Source: Azolla caroliniana (taxonomy: Eukaryota; Plantae; Polypodiophyta). Taken from it: a DNA stretch of 64,000 nucleotides. The translations under genes and the position numbers were made by a program. The stretch spans positions 19,716,001 to 19,780,000 of the forward strand of contig JBHGNT010000003.1 of the NCBI GenBank assembly GCA_043228905.1, read 5' to 3'. The notes below the pieces were generated by a model that was given only the letters and a program-made list of their open reading frames with translations, was not told the origin of the DNA and did no database searches. Shown piece after piece: positions 60,401-64,000 of the stretch. Each line of letters opens with the position of its first letter. The first letter of the stretch is position 1.

Positions 60401-62843
60401 GTCTTCGGCACAGTAAACTCGAGCCGGATTCCCTTCGAGCGACAGTACTCCTGGAACTGCCCCCGGTATTCCCCTCCGTTATCCGCTCGTATCGCTTTCA
60501 GCTTCTTGCCGGATTCCCTTTCCACTCTCGCGTGGAGTTCTTTGAAGACGGACAACACTTGGTCCTTTGTCTTCAACGGTGCCGTCCACAGCTTCCGGCT
60601 GTGATCATCAATGAATGTCACGAAGTACTGGGCTCCGCCATGTGACTTCGTTTCTACCTGACACACGTCAGTGTGCACCAACTCCAATGGTGCGCTACGT
60701 CTCGTCGGTGGCCTTGAGTGGAAGGAGGTTCGGTTCTGCTTACCGGCCAGGCAATCGGTGCACTTCTCCAGGTGCACATGCTTCACTGGGATGAGGTTGT
60801 CTTCTGCAAGCCTCTTCATCCCCTTCTCACTCATGTGGCACAGTCTCTTGTGCCACAGCTCACCGGCAGTGTCGGCTGCCACATTCAGTTCTTCCGGACA
60901 TAACCGGGCATTCATCAGGTACAGTGTGTTGACTTTCCGGGCCCGAGCCACTATCAGGCTCCCCTTGCTGAACTTCATTACGCCGTTCCGGATGCTACCT
61001 GTGTAGCCTTCATCGTCTAGCCTCCCGGCCGAAATCAGGTTCAATCGAACCTCCGGAACGTGTCGGACATCCTTCAGCAGCATTTTGCATCCGGTCGGGG
61101 TTGTCAACCACACGTCTCCTATGCCGGAAATCCGGCACGTACCTTCATTTCCCATCCGAACACAGCCATGCTCACCGGCTGTGTAGGATGAGAAGTATCT
61201 TCTCTCCGGGGTCAGGTGGAACGATGCTCCGGAATCGACCACCCAGGTCGTCTCATCGCCGGCAACGTTTAGCTCACCTTCTTCGGTGATGAGCATGATT
61301 TCTTCCTCACTTGCCGCGAGTGCCGTTGTTCCTTTCCGGTCCTGTCCTCGCCGATCCGGACCTCTCCGGTCCGTGGCTCCCTGGTATGCACCGTTTCTCT
61401 CCGGTGACTTCTTCGAATCGGTGTCGTCGGCTCCGTTGTCCTTTCGGTAATGCCGACAGTTCTTCCGGAAGTGCCCCGGCTTCCCACAGTGGAAGCATGT
61501 TGGCCTTCCTCTTGACTGCGACCGGGTCCCCGACTTCTCCCGTCTTTGCGGACTCCGGTTCCACTGTCTTCCCCGATCCCATTCGGTAAACAACATCTTC
61601 GGGTCGGAGGCCGGTTCCTTATCTCTCCGACGCGCTTCTTCATTCAGAATACTTGTCTTTACCGTTTGTAGGGACAAGTTATCTTCGGTGCAGGAGGTGC
61701 TGAGAGTCACCACCAAGTTCTCCCAGCTGTCCGGCAATGTACACATCAGGATGATGGCTTGCATTGCATCCTCCAGCGGGAACTTGATCGCCGCAAGCTG
61801 ATTCACGAATCCCATGAACGTGCTTACGTGTTCTACCATACTCTCGCCGTCCCGGTACTTGAGGTTCACTATCTTCCTCATCAGGGAGGTCCGGTTCAAC
61901 GCATTCTTCCTCTCATAGAGGCCAGACAGCTTCTTCCACATCTCGTATGCGTTGGTGTCGTTCGCCACATGTTGCAGGACGCTTACGTCGACATATTGTC
62001 GGATCGTCGCTACGGCTTTCCGGTTCAGGAGCTTCCACTCCGACTCAAGTACCCCCTTCGGTATTTCCGACCTGTCAATCGGTTCGTACAGGTCCCGAAC
62101 AATCAGAAGATCCTCCATCTTGATCTTCCAGTCGGCGTAATTCTGTGCATTCAGCACCATCATCATCGGCTGCCCGCTGCCGCCGCCTTCCATTTTCTGC
62201 AACAGTCGCTCTGATACCAGTTTGTTGAGAATTGACGCTTCTATTCACCTTCTTATCTCGGCCACAACCGATTAATCGCGGATCAATGGAGCAGAAAATA
62301 GGAAACACACGTAGAAACAAAACGAAGAAACGCGAGTACACAAGGATTAACGTGGAAAACCCTAAACGGGGAAAAACCACGGGAGTACAAGACTCCAAAC
62401 AACACTATACAGAGAAGTATACAATGACGAGCTCCAAGGCGACGACCTTGAGCTCGCTGTCCTCGCCACAGGCGGCGGAAATACACAGAGGCGTCTACCT
62501 CTTTCTCTCTCGCGCTCTCTCTCTTTCTCTCTCTCTCTCGGCTACTCTCTCTTCACTCCTCTAAAGTGGAAAAACAGAAAAATGAGAAGCAACAACAAAA
62601 CTGTTTGCCCTAAGTCATATTTATACTTATATGACTTTGGGCTATTTACAACTGTAGCCTCAGGGGCCCATAGCGAACATATTCACGGATATGTCCCTGC
62701 ATCCGGATCGCTCTCCGGGTACACTCGTCATCCGGTACCGAAACCGGGGTCTTCGTCATCCGGATCCGAAACTGAAACCGGGCTTGTCGGCATTCATCTC
62801 CGATATCCGACCATCCCATCCGAAAGGGACCGAAATCCCAACA
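57486..62843 (-). mobile_element. Young intact Tnt1/Tork-like Copia (element E); LTRs 57486-58106 and 62223-62843
   Basis: 621-bp LTRs with 2 differences seen, 5-bp TSD CTCTC, PBS-Met at 62208-62219, PPT AGGGGGAG next to 58106. Confidence 0.97.
58117..62193 (-). CDS. Copia Gag-Pol polyprotein, uninterrupted, catalytic motifs intact
   Basis: CFHCGKPGHFRKNC, WVVDSGASFH, HTDVC/ADNGGE/LAER, YVDDM, GFTDSD, EAEY, CDSQSA. ATG at 62193. Confidence 0.95.
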   Translation of the reverse strand: MEGGGSGQPMMMVLNAQNYADWKIKMEDLLIVRDLYEPIDRSEIPKGVLESEWKLLNRKAVATIRQYVDVSVLQHVANDTNAYEMWKKLSGLYERKNALNRTSLMRKIVNLKYRDGESMVEHVSTFMGFVNQLAAIKFPLEDAMQAIILMCTLPDSWENLVVTLSTSCTEDNLSLQTVKTSILNEEARRRDKEPASDPKMLFTEWDRGRQWNRSPQRREKSGTRSQSRGRPTCFHCGKPGHFRKNCRHYRKDNGADDTDSKKSPERNGAYQGATDRRGPDRRGQDRKGTTALAASEEEIMLITEEGELNVAGDETTWVVDSGASFHLTPERRYFSSYTAGEHGCVRMGNEGTCRISGIGDVWLTTPTGCKMLLKDVRHVPEVRLNLISAGRLDDEGYTGSIRNGVMKFSKGSLIVARARKVNTLYLMNARLCPEELNVAADTAGELWHKRLCHMSEKGMKRLAEDNLIPVKHVHLEKCTDCLAGKQNRTSFHSRPPTRRSAPLELVHTDVCQVETKSHGGAQYFVTFIDDHSRKLWTAPLKTKDQVLSVFKELHARVERESGKKLKAIRADNGGEYRGQFQEYCRSKGIRLEFTVPKTPELNGLAERMNRTIMERVRSMLAHAKLPKGFWAEAMSTATYVINRSPSVPLDGDTPQRVWTGKEVSYRHLKVFGCLAYVHVAKDRRGKLDPKTRPCIFLGYGDDEFGYRVWDPVDKKIFRSRDIIFMEDKTLADWESEKKMKSSKSIGEDQLYEEQSRPARDRLTLEDPAEDGEETEPAEEDENDTGTGPDPEMDLDEEEESEEPVTEAPERRYPLRERRAPRRFPEPEHVLLTDEGEPESFEEAKHDTQSRRWLSAMQDEMDSLHENHTYELVELPKGKRALRNKWVFKLKPGDAGNPPRYKARIVVKGFQQKKGVDFDEIFAPVVKMTSIRTVLSIAASMDLEVEQMDVKTAFLHGDLDEEIYMQQPEGFEKKGKEHLVCRLKKSLYGLKQAPRQWYRKFDSFMTDEGYLKTQSDHCVFVKKFEGGDSLILLLYVDDMLIVGRDQVKIRMLKKALHRTFSMKDLGPARQILGMHIIRDRKKKQLWLSQEKYVTKVLQRFNMSEARPVGSTLPANCKLTSKQSPKTKAEKEDMMKVPYASAVGSLMYAMVCTRPDIGYAVGVVSRYMSNPGKEHWNAAKWILRYLKGTANVCLRFGSGKPELDGFTDSDMSADADTSRSTSGYVMTYAGGAVSWQSRLQKTVALSTTEAEYMAAVEAGKEIIWMKDFIRELGIRQEEYRLYCDSQSAIHLAKNAAYHSRTKHIQRRYHWIRERIEDKEFVLTKIHTDENGSDMLTKVLTPDKLEACRKRIGLERHPMPK

Positions 62844-62948
62844 CTCTCTTCCTCGTCCCACACCCCTGTGGTCCGGCCCTTTTCGACACGCACTCGTGGA
62901 ATACCGCGACATCTTTGGTGAACCCAACGTGAAGGGCGGCAAGGGAGA

Positions 62949-64000
62949 ATGGAGTTGGAAGAAGACGACTTCACACAACTTTTTGTCGAAACGATGAGGG
63001 AGTTTGGACGAGCAACAACAAGAAGGGAGACAACGCAACAAGCTATTGAGCGAGTGGTCGAAAGACTCGGGCGTTTCAACGGGGACAAAGTCCCATTCTA
63101 TTTGGAAGCCTGCAACACGGAAATGGAGGATTGAGACATAGACGAGGCATTGAGGCTGGGGTTCTTATGTCGGGTCGTCGTTGTCCGCATGCACGCGGAA
63201 GTGAAGGAGCTTCAAGAAGCTCATAGTTTGTGGGAGGCCTTCGAAGAGGCGCTCCTGCAGGCATATGGAGGACGGCGGAAGAGCAAGGGACGACGCGACT
63301 TCGACCAGTGGGTGGCATTAGCGGAGACCCACCGGGGCGTAACGAAGGCGTTCCGAGAGTTCGAGCGATGGCTTGCTCGGCTCCCATAGCGGAAGCAAGG
63401 TTTGGTGGGGGCGGACAAAGTCCTGTTGTTCGTCAGGTCGATCGACTGAGTGGAACAGGAGGCCATCGGGATTGAGCTCGAAGATGAGGACGGAGAGAAT
63501 GGCCTTACGGAGGACTGGTCGAAGGTCGGAAGGGTAGGCCAACGGCTAGATGACGAGTGAGCCGAGAAGGCTAGGAGGAAGGCGCACGACGACGCGCCAT
63601 CATAGCGGGAAGAGGTCGAATGGCAAAGAGAGTCGGCAAGGCTCGGCTTCGGGGCCACGATTGCGAAGACGTACGCAGCTCTCGAGGCAATGCTCGAGGA
63701 AGAGGGAAGATCGAGGCCACAAGCCGACGCCGAGGAGACGAACTTGCCCCACGAGATGGCAGAAGATCGGTACGACGGTACCACGTGAGAGGGTGCGGAA
63801 CAAAACGCTCTCTCGGATTGCAGAGATAGAACGGTTGAGGACAAGGCCAAGATACCGATCGCAGAATCGGAACGTTGGGACCAGGGATTTCGGGCACGTC
63901 AGCCTGAAACTCCGGACATTGGAGAAGCAAGCCCAGTTGGGGCTTGCGTGATCGGTAAGAAGACGATCACCGACCACGAGGAGCCGGTGGCTACGGACAA
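62949..64000 (+). pseudogene. Disrupted gag of element F
   Basis: MELEEDDF...LGRFNGDKVPFYLEA is colinear with element B gag. Multiple TGA/TAG stops. Confidence 0.8.

Larger units (their letters stand above)
40822..64000 (+). mobile_element. Gypsy-type element of the element-B family (element F); 5' LTR in four pieces (40822-41085, 54198-54262, 57112-57485, 62849-62911); continues beyond the window
   Basis: Starts TGTCGTGAAG and ends CCGCGACA at 62911. The pieces share blocks with the B LTR (GGTTGCCCATTTT, CCTGTGCAAGACCCCGCT..GAGAGCTCCCCGA). Trp PBS at 62916-62933; gag from 62949 is colinear with B gag. Confidence 0.85.

Noticed and set aside
45454-62214. Plus-strand ORFs repeated in elements D and E
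   Set aside because: Antisense shadows of the conserved Copia pol, explained by GC-rich codon usage.

Overview
Eukaryotic plant nuclear DNA. A fern or other seed-free plant is inferred from the style of the PLS-class PPR fragment, the tRNA-Trp-primed Gypsy elements and a Penelope-like element; this is not proven. Two deeply nested retrotransposon blocks (1-15643 and ~37.5-64 kb) flank an AT-rich island that holds two divergently oriented, intronless dirigent-like paralogs, degenerate repeats and a rearranged Mutator-like transposon (34.4-37.5 kb). Block 1: an old Copia contains the 5' end of a second Copia and a gag-only Gypsy-type element, which itself contains a young full-length Copia. Block 2: a PPR pseudogene is interrupted by LTRs. 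One ~770-bp Gypsy-type LTR was then hit three times: by a full-length decayed Gypsy (itself carrying a Copia and a solo LTR), by a 5'-truncated Penelope-like retroelement and by an intact Tnt1/Tork-like Copia. Most notable are (i) the Penelope-like element with no C-terminal endonuclease, a 12-bp TSD beside TTTAGGG repeats and a minimal hammerhead ribozyme in its 3' region, (ii) a Trp-primed Gypsy system with autonomous and gag-only partners, 4-bp CG-centred TSDs and a candidate -1 frameshift between protease and RT, and (iii) a MULE with an internal inverted duplication reminiscent of Mu killer. All coordinates and counts were read by eye and may be off by a few bases.
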